Assembly: GCA_963674595.2 (NCBI GenBank)
Contig: CAXXFV010000016.1
Span: 544,001-608,000 of the forward strand
Length of the DNA stretch: 64,000 bases
Source: a bacterium
GTDB taxonomy: Bacteria; Zhuqueibacterota; Zhuqueibacteria; Residuimicrobiales; Krinioviventaceae
Reading direction: 5' to 3'
The position numbers were made by a program, and so were the translations under genes. Of this stretch, positions 27,179 through 36,223 are shown piece after piece. The first letter of the stretch is position 1. Each line of letters starts with the position of its first letter. A model generated the notes under the pieces. That model was not told the origin of the DNA. It made no database searches and saw only the letters and a list, made by a program, of their open reading frames with translations.

Positions 27179-27211
27179 CAAATATTATCACCCATAACAA
27201 TATTTTTATTT

Positions 27212-27357
27212 AACATCATCTATATATCGTTTTGTTGTTATTGCTTTAAACCATTGTACAATCTCAGGTAATGAACCCGTATGGGCAAGCCCCTGTGATT
27301 GCCCTTACTCTGTGATTGCCCAAAGTCAGGACAGACACGGGGGTCTGTCCCTACGTT
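27212..27357 (-). repeat. Diverged RAYT fragment with expanded REP doublet
   Basis: Resembles 25178-25305 with substitutions; has an extra TGTGATTGCCC half-arm; REP-B ends CTAC at 27354. Confidence 0.8.
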
Positions 27358-27586
27358 ATTCAAATGTAATCTTTTCCTCGTATATATTCGCTACCCAATT
27401 TTTAATATTTGGAAAATCCGTAAAAGCCGTGCCTGAGAATGTCCCGAAAAATTCCAGCCGTCCGAAGCAACAATGTTTTTACTTGTAATAAGATAGTACA
27501 AAATATACAATAACCGCGCAAGCTGTTTTTAAAAAAATTACGACTTTTTCTGCTGCTAAAATATTTGAAGCTTTGTTCATTTTTTA

Positions 27587-27615
27587 TTGACTTTATTGTC
27601 CTTTTCTGTTATCTT
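27587..27615 (+). promoter_or_regulatory. sigma70-like promoter candidate
   Basis: TTGACT-17 bp-TATCTT with TGn extended -10. Confidence 0.45.
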
Positions 27616-27883
27616 GGTCCATTCAAGATTTATATTTTTAGGGACGGTTTCGTTGGGTTCCTTTATCCTGTGAAATTATATTTTTATTACTTTTGGGTAT
27701 GTTGTATCGCATAATATAACTTTTGTTATATCGTACAGATGTGATACGCATTGATGGTAATTGCTTTACTTGTGGATTGCGGTTTTAATGGTATTTATGG
27801 TACTGTTAAGGCATTTATTAATAATGGGTGTTCATTTTACGGATGGACCCGGTTTAAATTAATTTCCCATCAAATAAAGGGGT

Positions 27884-28831
27884 ATGGTTATGAAACGCTT
27901 GTTTGTGAAATTTCGGTATGTTGTGCTGTTGCTCGTTGCTGTAGTATGTTTTGGCTTTATGTTTGTTAACCGCCGGCCTGATTCAGAAATGGAATATGTC
28001 CGTTTAATGGTTGCCGCCAATAATGATTACAAGGTGCAGTTTACTTTTGATCAGTATGAGTCCCTGCTGCAAAAGCTGACGCAAGCTAGATTCAAGGTCC
28101 TGCCGCTTGAGCTTTTTCGACAGCACTATGATCCGGACAAAATTTTGGTTGGGTTGCGGCATGATGTTGATCTACAGCCTTTTACGGCCGTGAAAATGGC
28201 TAAACTGGAAAAAAAGTATGATCTTCCTGCCACCTACTATATCCTGCATTCTGCTTTTTATTACGGAACCATTGAAAACAGAGATGTTACCCGTCGGCCC
28301 TGCATGGACCGGATTTACAAACAGATATATAAACTGGGGCACGAGATAGGTGTGCACAACGATCTCATGACGCTGACAGTTTCAGGTATTGATCCTCTGG
28401 CTTTTCAAAAACAGGAATTGGAATACTATTGCGATCTGGGCATTCCAATTACCGGTTCCTGTGCACATGGGTATCCCTTGTTTAAACAGATTGGTTTACC
28501 GAATTTTAGCATGTTTTCCGACTTTTGCTCATCGGGGAGTTTTAATTTTGCCAACCAATCCTATAACTATGGCGAGTACTCTCTTGAGGAGTTTGGCTTT
28601 GAATATGAAGCCTATCATATTGACCATAATATTTTTATCAGAGATTCCCGGGGGCGGTTTAGCGTGGGTTCTTTTCAGGATGTGCTGAAAACTGTGGACG
28701 CCTGTCGTCCGGGCGACCGGATGATAATTTTGACACACCCGGTTTGGTATGGTGAGCAGGTCGGACATGAAATTCATTATGAACATGCGGACAAGGACAA
28801 AGAGGAGCTCAATATTTTTCAGACAGATTAG
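27884..28831 (+). CDS. Polysaccharide deacetylase-like (NodB-fold) protein with N-terminal anchor
   Basis: LRHDVD, ATYYI, GHEIGVH, CAHG and LTHPVWY motifs. Confidence 0.78.
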   Translation: MVMKRLFVKFRYVVLLLVAVVCFGFMFVNRRPDSEMEYVRLMVAANNDYKVQFTFDQYESLLQKLTQARFKVLPLELFRQHYDPDKILVGLRHDVDLQPFTAVKMAKLEKKYDLPATYYILHSAFYYGTIENRDVTRRPCMDRIYKQIYKLGHEIGVHNDLMTLTVSGIDPLAFQKQELEYYCDLGIPITGSCAHGYPLFKQIGLPNFSMFSDFCSSGSFNFANQSYNYGEYSLEEFGFEYEAYHIDHNIFIRDSRGRFSVGSFQDVLKTVDACRPGDRMIILTHPVWYGEQVGHEIHYEHADKDKEELNIFQTD

Positions 28832-28864
28832 GTTTGTGTTTTATCTTAAACGTATAAAAGACGC

Positions 28865-29482
28865 TTAAATCCCGTGGATCGTGATTTTAATACCGTCGAT
28901 TATAAGTATAACGGCAAAAATCATCAATACAATACCCAGTAGCTTTTGAATATTAAAAAAAGTTTTGGGTGAAAAGAATTTTTTTGACCGGCCGACAACT
29001 ATGGCCATGAATATTTTTGAGCCGATAAGGCAGCAATAAAATCCTGCCAGAAATGCTATGAATGCGATATTGCTGACATGTAAGGCTTTTACCAGGATCG
29101 GTGAACCAATCATGATCCAGAAAATATAGGGGTGAGGACTGGCGAAATTGACAATGACCGCTTTGAAAATGGATTTTGGGGGCTGTTTTTGAATAGACAG
29201 CTCCTGATCTGTTTTAAATCCTGAAATTCCCAGATAAAAAAGATATACCGCCCCAAATACTGACAATGCCCCCAGCAGCCACGATAAATAGGACAGTTTT
29301 TGTAAAAGCAAATAACTGCCGAGAACAATCGGTGCATCCGTGATAAAAGGCGCCAGAGAGGCTTTGATACCGGCTTTGGTATTGTGGCTGAATGTTTCGG
29401 AAATGACAAGGGCTGACAGTGGTCCCGGACTGAAACCGGCCGTCAGCCCTAATGTTATTCCCATTGTTAAAAAAGTCAACAT
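28865..29482 (-). CDS. LysE-family translocator
   Basis: GFSPGP, GAVYLFYLG and NFASPHPYIFW motifs; probable ATG 29482. Confidence 0.88.
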   Translation of the reverse strand: MLTFLTMGITLGLTAGFSPGPLSALVISETFSHNTKAGIKASLAPFITDAPIVLGSYLLLQKLSYLSWLLGALSVFGAVYLFYLGISGFKTDQELSIQKQPPKSIFKAVIVNFASPHPYIFWIMIGSPILVKALHVSNIAFIAFLAGFYCCLIGSKIFMAIVVGRSKKFFSPKTFFNIQKLLGIVLMIFAVILIIDGIKITIHGI

Positions 29483-29505
29483 AGATTTATAACTATATAT
29501 TAATA

Positions 29506-30759
29506 TCAGTTCCGTAAATGTCCTTCGCCCATTACAATCCATTTATAGGAAGTCAGGTCTTCAAGACCCATAGGGCCGCGGGCATGCAGTCTGTCTGTTG
29601 AAATGCCGATTTCAGCGCCCAGGCCATAGACGCCGCCGTCTGCCAAACGTGTTGAAGCATTGACAATTACGGATGAACTGTCTGTTTTTTTAATAAAGCT
29701 GTTTGCTGTGGAAATGTTGGTTGTTACAATGGCGTCGGTATGACCGGAGCCGTATTTGTTGATATGTGCAATCGCTTCGCTTTCATTGTCGACAATTTTA
29801 ACCGCCAACACAAGGTCAAGATACTCATCATACCAGTCTTGCTCCGTCGCCTTGACAACATTTTTATTATATATAGCAATCGTTTTTTCACAACCCCGAA
29901 TTTCAACACCGGCGTCCTGCAGATTTTTTAAAGCTTTTGGCAAAAATTCAGCAGCAACGTCTTTATGGACCAACAGTGTTTCCATGGCGTTGCATACACC
30001 GGGGCGTTGAACTTTGGCGTTTTGGGCAATGTCCAGGGCCATTTGCATATCCGCATCCTGATGAATGTAAACATGGCATATACCTTTATAATGTTTCAAT
30101 ACCGGAATACGTGATTTTTCCACAACGCTTTTGATGAGACCTTCCCCGCCGCGGGGAATAATCAGGTGGACCAGATCGTCGAGGACCAGCAGTTCGTCAA
30201 CAGCTTTGCGGTCTGTAGATTCAATATAGGAGATCAGGTTCGGATCTGCATTGTTTTCTTTTAGCGCGTCTTTTAACACATTCACCAGCGCCATATTGGA
30301 ATAAAAGGAACTGCTGCCGCCGCGCAGAATAACGCCGTTGCCGGATTTTAAACACAGTGTGGCCGCTTCGATGGTGACATTTGGACGGGCCTCGTAAATA
30401 ATACCAATGACGCCGATAGGTACCCGCATGCGCCCCACTTTAAATCCTTCCGGTCTCACATTCATCTCGGATATGCGTCCGATTGGATCGGTCAATGCAG
30501 CAATTTCATGACAGGCCTGAATCATACCTTTAATACGTTTGTCCGTTAAGGTGAGGCGGTCTATCATGGCATTGGAAAGCCCGTTTTTTTTACCTTTTTC
30601 CAGGTCTTTGGTATTTTCCTGGATTAAATAGTCTTTTTGCTTTTCAATATTCTCGGCAATAGAAAGTAATATTTGGTTCTTCAACTTTGTCGTGCCTGCA
30701 TCCAAAAATGTTTCATAGGCTTTATATACATTTTGGGCTATAGTCTTTACATCATTCAT
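29506..30759 (-). CDS. proA: Gamma-glutamyl phosphate reductase
   Basis: VPIGVIGIIYEARPNVT, PGVCNAMETLL, NASTRLADG and GISTDRLHARGPMGL motifs. Confidence 0.98.
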   Translation of the reverse strand: MNDVKTIAQNVYKAYETFLDAGTTKLKNQILLSIAENIEKQKDYLIQENTKDLEKGKKNGLSNAMIDRLTLTDKRIKGMIQACHEIAALTDPIGRISEMNVRPEGFKVGRMRVPIGVIGIIYEARPNVTIEAATLCLKSGNGVILRGGSSSFYSNMALVNVLKDALKENNADPNLISYIESTDRKAVDELLVLDDLVHLIIPRGGEGLIKSVVEKSRIPVLKHYKGICHVYIHQDADMQMALDIAQNAKVQRPGVCNAMETLLVHKDVAAEFLPKALKNLQDAGVEIRGCEKTIAIYNKNVVKATEQDWYDEYLDLVLAVKIVDNESEAIAHINKYGSGHTDAIVTTNISTANSFIKKTDSSSVIVNASTRLADGGVYGLGAEIGISTDRLHARGPMGLEDLTSYKWIVMGEGHLRN

Positions 30760-30768
30760 TATATGCTC

Positions 30769-31920
30769 CTATAGGATAATCAGATTGTCCCGATTAATAA
30801 TTTCCGTATAAAATTTTTTCCCCAATATTTCCTGCATCATGTCGGTTTTTTTGCCTTTGACCTTTTCAATATCCGTATTGGAAAAATAGGTAATTCCCTT
30901 TCCAATCATCTTTTTTTCCGTATTAAAAATTCCGACAATACTGCCTTCACTAAAATTTTTTTCTGTTCCCAGAATACCGCCGGGGAGTAAACTTTTGTTA
31001 TGGTTGACAAGTGCGTCTTCTGCACCCGGATCGATAAAAATTTTGCCTTTGATTTTATTATTAAAAAATATCCAGCGTTTTCTTTTTTTTCGGTAACGGT
31101 TCTCCGGTCGGAAAAACGTTCCAATATCATCACCATTAAGCAGGCTTTGCAAATCCGGATGAAAACCATCCGTGATAATAACAGCTGAACCGGCCTGGGT
31201 TGAGTTTTGTGCAGCCTTTAACTTTGAGGTCATGCCGCCCAATGAAAAATTGTTTTGCCTGTCATCAATGAGTTTGAATAGTGAATCATCAATTTTTTCA
31301 ATAAAAGAAATTCGCTGTGCATCCGGATTGTGGTGTGGATTTTTATCAAACAAACCGTCCGTATCGGTGAATAAAACCAACAAATCCGCGTCAATCAGAT
31401 TGGCGGTTAATGCCGACAGGTTGTCATTGTCTCCGAACTTTAATTCGTCAACAGCAACAGAATCATTTTCGTTGACAACCGGAATGGTATTATAATCAAA
31501 AAGAGACCTGATACAATCACGGGCATAGAGAAATCGTTGCCGGTTTTCAATAATATCATAGGTCAGCAGAATTTGCCCGATGGGGATATCATTCTTTTCA
31601 AAGACTTTATTCCATTTTTCCATGAGAATGCTTTGCCCGATGGAGGCGCAGGCCTGGATTTTTTTCAGATCAGTGGGACGGGTTTTTAATCCCAATTGCT
31701 GCATACCGAATCCCACGGCGCCGGATGTGACAATACAAAACTGAAATCCTTTTTGACGATAGTGGGCTATATCTTTAACAAGTTTATTGATACGTTTTTT
31801 TTCAAGATCGTTGTGATGTGATAACAGGACTTTTGTGCCGAGCTTTAAAACGATTTTTTTTGCGTCTTTCAGATAATGGCGGCGGTCTGTTATTATTTCC
31901 TGTTTTTTCGCTGGTGTCAT
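30769..31920 (-). CDS. proB: Glutamate 5-kinase with PUA domain
   Basis: VLKLGT, VTSGAV, NENDSV, FGDNDNLSA and GGMTSKL motifs; probable ATG 31920 (ORF extends to 32025). Confidence 0.97.
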   Translation of the reverse strand: MTPAKKQEIITDRRHYLKDAKKIVLKLGTKVLLSHHNDLEKKRINKLVKDIAHYRQKGFQFCIVTSGAVGFGMQQLGLKTRPTDLKKIQACASIGQSILMEKWNKVFEKNDIPIGQILLTYDIIENRQRFLYARDCIRSLFDYNTIPVVNENDSVAVDELKFGDNDNLSALTANLIDADLLVLFTDTDGLFDKNPHHNPDAQRISFIEKIDDSLFKLIDDRQNNFSLGGMTSKLKAAQNSTQAGSAVIITDGFHPDLQSLLNGDDIGTFFRPENRYRKKRKRWIFFNNKIKGKIFIDPGAEDALVNHNKSLLPGGILGTEKNFSEGSIVGIFNTEKKMIGKGITYFSNTDIEKVKGKKTDMMQEILGKKFYTEIINRDNLIIL

Positions 31921-32060
31921 TGTATATAGTTTCCAAATTATTAAACACAAAGTGATAATATATTTATATGAATTGTTAATTCCAATAAAAAATAATAACC
32001 TATGGATATTATTAATTTCATGCAATGTGTTGTAAAATTAAAAAATTATTCATGTTCATC

Positions 32061-32089
32061 TTGACAATGAAAAGTCTGTGCAATATTTT
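32061..32089 (+). promoter_or_regulatory. sigma70-like promoter candidate
   Basis: TTGACA-17 bp-TATTTT upstream of the RBS GGAG and ATG 32131. Confidence 0.55.
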
Positions 32090-32130
32090 ATAAAAAAAAG
32101 TTTACCGCTTAATCTCTGGAGAATGATCAT

Positions 32131-33255
32131 ATGGCCGAAAAAATGAATATTGACCGAAGAAAATTTTTAAAAGGTATGTTGGCAGGAACAACTGCCGGAG
32201 TTTTATCAATTGAAAGTTGTCTGGCAGGAGACCAAACAGCAGAGAATAAAATATTAAATTATCAGTCTGAAATGCCCTACAGGCGTGTCGGCCAAACAGA
32301 TGTTTATCTCTCTGTTATCAGTTTTGGCGGACTGGTATCCGAAGAAGCTGTTTACCACTATGGCATTGACCGCGGTGTCAATTTAATGCACATGTCTAAA
32401 AGTTACAAAGGCGGCCGTTCTTTAGAGGTCTTGAGCAAGGTAATGAAATCCAAAAGGGACAAGGTTTATATCGCTTTTAAAGATAATTTTGATGACATTG
32501 ATGAAATATTAAAAAAATTAAACACGGACCATATCGATTTTTTAATGTTTAACCGTCACAGTCCGGATGAAGTGATTGATGAAGAAAATCTGGAGCGTTT
32601 TGAAAAATATAAAAAACAGGGCAAAGTCCGTTATATGGGACTGACGTCGCACAAAAATGTTAAAGAGTGCGTCAGGGCCGGAATTGATGCCGGGTACTAT
32701 TCGCTTATCATGCCGGTTTTAAATCAGCCGGCCTTTGAAGCCATGTCCGAAGAATTAGCTGACGCTGAAAAGAAAAATGTCGGTATTATGGCAATGAAAT
32801 CAATGAAGGGGATAGATGGCGCTGAACTGGAACATGCTCATTTGAAAAAAATTTTGGCAAACAAAGCAGTTACAACGGTGAACAAGGGAATCGGTTCTTT
32901 TGACATGCTTGATGCTTATATGAAATCAGCCAATGAAGTATTGACTTCTTATCAGGACAGTCTACTGTACCACTATGCACAGCAAAATAAAACCCTGAAC
33001 TGTATGATGTGCGGTGAATGTGAAAAAGCCTGTCCGGAACAGGTAGAAATTTCGACTCAGCTCCGCTGTTATGATTATTATGAAAATCAGTTGCAAGACC
33101 GATATACCGCTGTTACTTCCATGCAGGCCATTCCTGTTTTGCAGCGCAGTGAAAACGTGTGCCGTTCCTGCAAAACCTGTGAGCAGGTATGCCCGAACGG
33201 TATTAAAATTATTGAAAAACTAAAAGCATCCAATTATTTGTTTCATTTGACATAA
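32131..33255 (+). CDS. Aldo/keto reductase with Tat-like signal and C-terminal 2x[4Fe-4S] domain
   Basis: DRRKFLK; MPYRRVGQT...SVISFGG; GKVRYMGLTSH; CMMCGECEKACP and CRSCKTCEQVCP. Confidence 0.88.
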   Translation: MAEKMNIDRRKFLKGMLAGTTAGVLSIESCLAGDQTAENKILNYQSEMPYRRVGQTDVYLSVISFGGLVSEEAVYHYGIDRGVNLMHMSKSYKGGRSLEVLSKVMKSKRDKVYIAFKDNFDDIDEILKKLNTDHIDFLMFNRHSPDEVIDEENLERFEKYKKQGKVRYMGLTSHKNVKECVRAGIDAGYYSLIMPVLNQPAFEAMSEELADAEKKNVGIMAMKSMKGIDGAELEHAHLKKILANKAVTTVNKGIGSFDMLDAYMKSANEVLTSYQDSLLYHYAQQNKTLNCMMCGECEKACPEQVEISTQLRCYDYYENQLQDRYTAVTSMQAIPVLQRSENVCRSCKTCEQVCPNGIKIIEKLKASNYLFHLT

Positions 33256-33338
33256 AATAGTTGCGACATGGATTAAATCCGGCTTTGAATGTGTTAGCCT
33301 TTTAAACGTTTATCAATGATTTTAAAACGGGAGATAAA

Positions 33339-33914
33339 ATGGCAGAAACACCTTCAACTATGCTGGAACTGGATACAAAATTAATTGATTTCGAACTATT
33401 CGATTTTGATAATATAAAGTTTTCAACAAAACAACTTGATGGAAAACCGGTTTTAATTGTTTTTATATGCAACCATTGTCCATTTGTCAAACATATTATT
33501 AAAAAGTTTTCCGGGCTGGCCAAAGACTATCAGAAAAAGGGCGTGGCCATTGTCGCTATCAACTCGAATGATATTGAGGCCTATCCGCAAGATGCCCCGG
33601 ACAAGATGAAAATATTTGCCCGGCTTAATCAATTCAGTTTCCCCTATCTTTTGGATGAAACTCAGGAAATTGCCAAGCTGTTCAAAGCCGCCTGTACGCC
33701 GGATTTTTATCTTTTTAATAAAGACCATGAACTGGTTTACAGGGGGCAGTTTGATGACAGTCGGCCCGGAAATAATATCGAGGTAACAGGTTCCGATTTG
33801 ACCAGGGCAATTAATGATATGCTTGAAAACAAAAAAATTACTTTTGAGCAATATCCATCGGTGGGATGTAATATCAAATGGAAAACGGGAAATCAACCTG
33901 AATATTTTGGTTAA
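33339..33914 (+). CDS. Thioredoxin-family (AhpC/TSA-like) protein
   Basis: FICNHCPFV, AACTPDF, YRGQFDDSRP and SVGCNIKW motifs. Confidence 0.92.
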   Translation: MAETPSTMLELDTKLIDFELFDFDNIKFSTKQLDGKPVLIVFICNHCPFVKHIIKKFSGLAKDYQKKGVAIVAINSNDIEAYPQDAPDKMKIFARLNQFSFPYLLDETQEIAKLFKAACTPDFYLFNKDHELVYRGQFDDSRPGNNIEVTGSDLTRAINDMLENKKITFEQYPSVGCNIKWKTGNQPEYFG

Positions 33915-33923
33915 AATATATAA

Positions 33924-34517
33924 TTATTCAGAGGGTATCATTTGCTTTGTTTGAAACCACAGTAATGTAATCAGTGATTTGGCATCGCAAATTTTGCCCT
34001 CCTGAATCATTTTATAAGATGTTGCATAGGGCAGTTCAATAAGCTTAATATCTTCCGACTCGTGGTCCAACCCGCCGCCGCTGTTTATCTGAACAGCGTT
34101 TTTTATATCGGCAATATAAAGGTATATTCGTTCCGACGTAGCCCCGGGACTGGGATATATTTTGGTGATATATTCCAGATATTCCTGAGCGACATCGTAG
34201 CCGGTTTCCTCTTCAATTTCACGAACGGCTGTTTCCAGAGCTGTGTGGTCTTTTTCCATGGCACCGGCAACCACTTCCATTGTCCAACCGTTTTCTTTTT
34301 CAACAGTATGAATGGGGTAACGAAATTGTTTTACAAACAGAAAAGTCTTTTTAATGGAATTATATAATAATATAGCAACCGCATCACCGCGATAAACATG
34401 TAATCGGGTTACTTGATCACTCAACTCTCCGTCGAATTTTTCAAATTTCAGGTCAACTTTTTCAAGATTTAAAAAACCGTTAAATAGTGTTTCTTTGTTT
34501 ATAATTTCTACTTTCAT
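33924..34517 (-). CDS. NUDIX hydrolase (ADP-ribose/NDP-sugar pyrophosphatase, NudF/NudK-like)
   Basis: QFRYP, Nudix box AG...AVREIEEETGY, YPSPG and GGGLDHESEDI motifs. Confidence 0.92.
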   Translation of the reverse strand: MKVEIINKETLFNGFLNLEKVDLKFEKFDGELSDQVTRLHVYRGDAVAILLYNSIKKTFLFVKQFRYPIHTVEKENGWTMEVVAGAMEKDHTALETAVREIEEETGYDVAQEYLEYITKIYPSPGATSERIYLYIADIKNAVQINSGGGLDHESEDIKLIELPYATSYKMIQEGKICDAKSLITLLWFQTKQMIPSE

Positions 34518-34542
34518 TATCGTCCTGTATTATTGAAATTAA

Positions 34543-36045
34543 TTACCAACCGACCGGGAATCCGGACAATTGGATGTTAAAAATTGGAACCGCAATTAAA
34601 AGGATAAAAATTGTAATAATGATAATACTCAGCAAATCCAGAATAAACCCTGCCTTGATCATTTTTGAAATGGGAACATAACCTGAACCAAAAACGATAG
34701 CATTGGGAGGTGTAGCCACTGGCAGCATGAACGCACAGGATGCCGCCAAAGTTGCCGGCAGCATCAGTAAAAAGGGATGAATATCTGCTGATCGCGAAAT
34801 AGCCGCCAGGACAGGTAAGGCCATTTGTGTTGTTGCTGTGTTGGAATTTAGTTCCGTCAAATAGGTCAGTATTGCTGAAATACCTGCAACTGTCGGTATG
34901 TTTGAAAGTGTGGACAAAAAACACATCTTTTCACCAATCCAGTTGGAAAGCCCGCTGCTGGCTAATCCGCCGGCCAGGGCAAAACCACCTCCAAACAATA
35001 AAAGAATGCCCCACGGCAGTTTAACCGCTGTTTTCCAGTCCATAAGCATTGAAGATTTTGAGCCGGATGGTATTAGAAAAAGCATAATACTCATAAAAAT
35101 AGCGACTGTTCCGTCATCTGCGCCCGGGAAATTGAGCAGCGTGCTCCAGCCTTTAATTGTAAAGCCGTCTCCAAATTCTATGTTTTTACGGAACATCCAT
35201 AACAATGCTGTTAATACAAAAACAACAAATTGTCTTTTTTCCGGCGTAGTCAAAGGCCCCAGGGCTTTTCGTTGCTTTTTAATAATGGATTTGTCTGCCA
35301 GTTGAAAGTCGGCTGAAACTGGAAATACCAGCCATGCCAATACAAACCAGCTTGTCAGTAAAAAGAACAGCACAAACGGAAGACCGAGAAACAGCCATTT
35401 CGCAAAACTGATCTCCGGTGCGTTTGGAAATTCCATTTGAAATATCTGCATAAAAACAACATTAGGCGGCGTGCCGATAAGCGTTCCGATGCCGCCGATG
35501 CTGGCCCCGTAGGCAATGCCAAGCATGACCAGTAAGGCAAAATTATCAGTAAATTTATTTGACTCTTTATAGTTATCCAGGCTTTGTTTGATAATGGATA
35601 TACCAATCGGCAGCATAACCATGGTGGCGGCTGTATTGGAAATCCACATGGATAAAAAGGCCGTCGCCAGCATAAAACCAAGAACAAGTCGTTTGGGGTT
35701 TTGCCCAATGTTGGATAGGATAAACAAAGCAATTCTTTTATGCAGGTTCCATTTTTCCATGGAAAGGGCAATGATGAACCCTCCCATAAATAAAAAGATA
35801 TAAGAGTTGAAATAAAATGCTGAAACCGTTTTCCCGTCCATAATACCCAATAACGGGAACAACGCAACCGGCAGCAGGGCCGTAACCGGCAGGGGAATGG
35901 CTTCGGTCATCCACCATATTGCAATAAGAATCGAAATGCCGGCTGTTCTGTAAAGCAATACATTGTTCGCATCTGACGGGATTAACAGGAAAAATACAAA
36001 AACCAGCAAGCCTGCAAATAGTCCGATTTTATTTTTACGATTCAT
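34543..36045 (-). CDS. SLC13/DASS sodium:dicarboxylate (or sulfate) symporter
   Basis: WWMTEAIP, SMWISNTAA, IGTPPN and FMLPVATPPNAIVF motifs. Confidence 0.94.
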   Translation of the reverse strand: MNRKNKIGLFAGLLVFVFFLLIPSDANNVLLYRTAGISILIAIWWMTEAIPLPVTALLPVALFPLLGIMDGKTVSAFYFNSYIFLFMGGFIIALSMEKWNLHKRIALFILSNIGQNPKRLVLGFMLATAFLSMWISNTAATMVMLPIGISIIKQSLDNYKESNKFTDNFALLVMLGIAYGASIGGIGTLIGTPPNVVFMQIFQMEFPNAPEISFAKWLFLGLPFVLFFLLTSWFVLAWLVFPVSADFQLADKSIIKKQRKALGPLTTPEKRQFVVFVLTALLWMFRKNIEFGDGFTIKGWSTLLNFPGADDGTVAIFMSIMLFLIPSGSKSSMLMDWKTAVKLPWGILLLFGGGFALAGGLASSGLSNWIGEKMCFLSTLSNIPTVAGISAILTYLTELNSNTATTQMALPVLAAISRSADIHPFLLMLPATLAASCAFMLPVATPPNAIVFGSGYVPISKMIKAGFILDLLSIIIITIFILLIAVPIFNIQLSGFPVGW

Positions 36046-36167
36046 TTTTTCATCTTTTTTTTATACCGTTTTTTCAAATATAATTGTTCGTGTTTTGGAT
36101 TTCAAGTTAAATTTTGTTTTTTTATAAAGTTAAATTTAGATATTCGATAAAATAAAGGAAAAATAGC

Positions 36168-36196
36168 TTGACAAACCAGACTGAATTTTTTAAAAT
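36168..36196 (+). promoter_or_regulatory. sigma70-like promoter
   Basis: TTGACA-17 bp-TAAAAT, 27 bp before TTG 36224 (RBS GGAG). Confidence 0.65.
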
Positions 36197-36223
36197 TGGT
36201 AGTCTATAAACGCGGAGATTGGG

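Noticed and set aside
20310-27357. Classical integron cassette array
   Set aside because: No IntI tyrosine recombinase, and I could not identify attC-type RYYYAAC...GTTRRRY hairpins between the genes.
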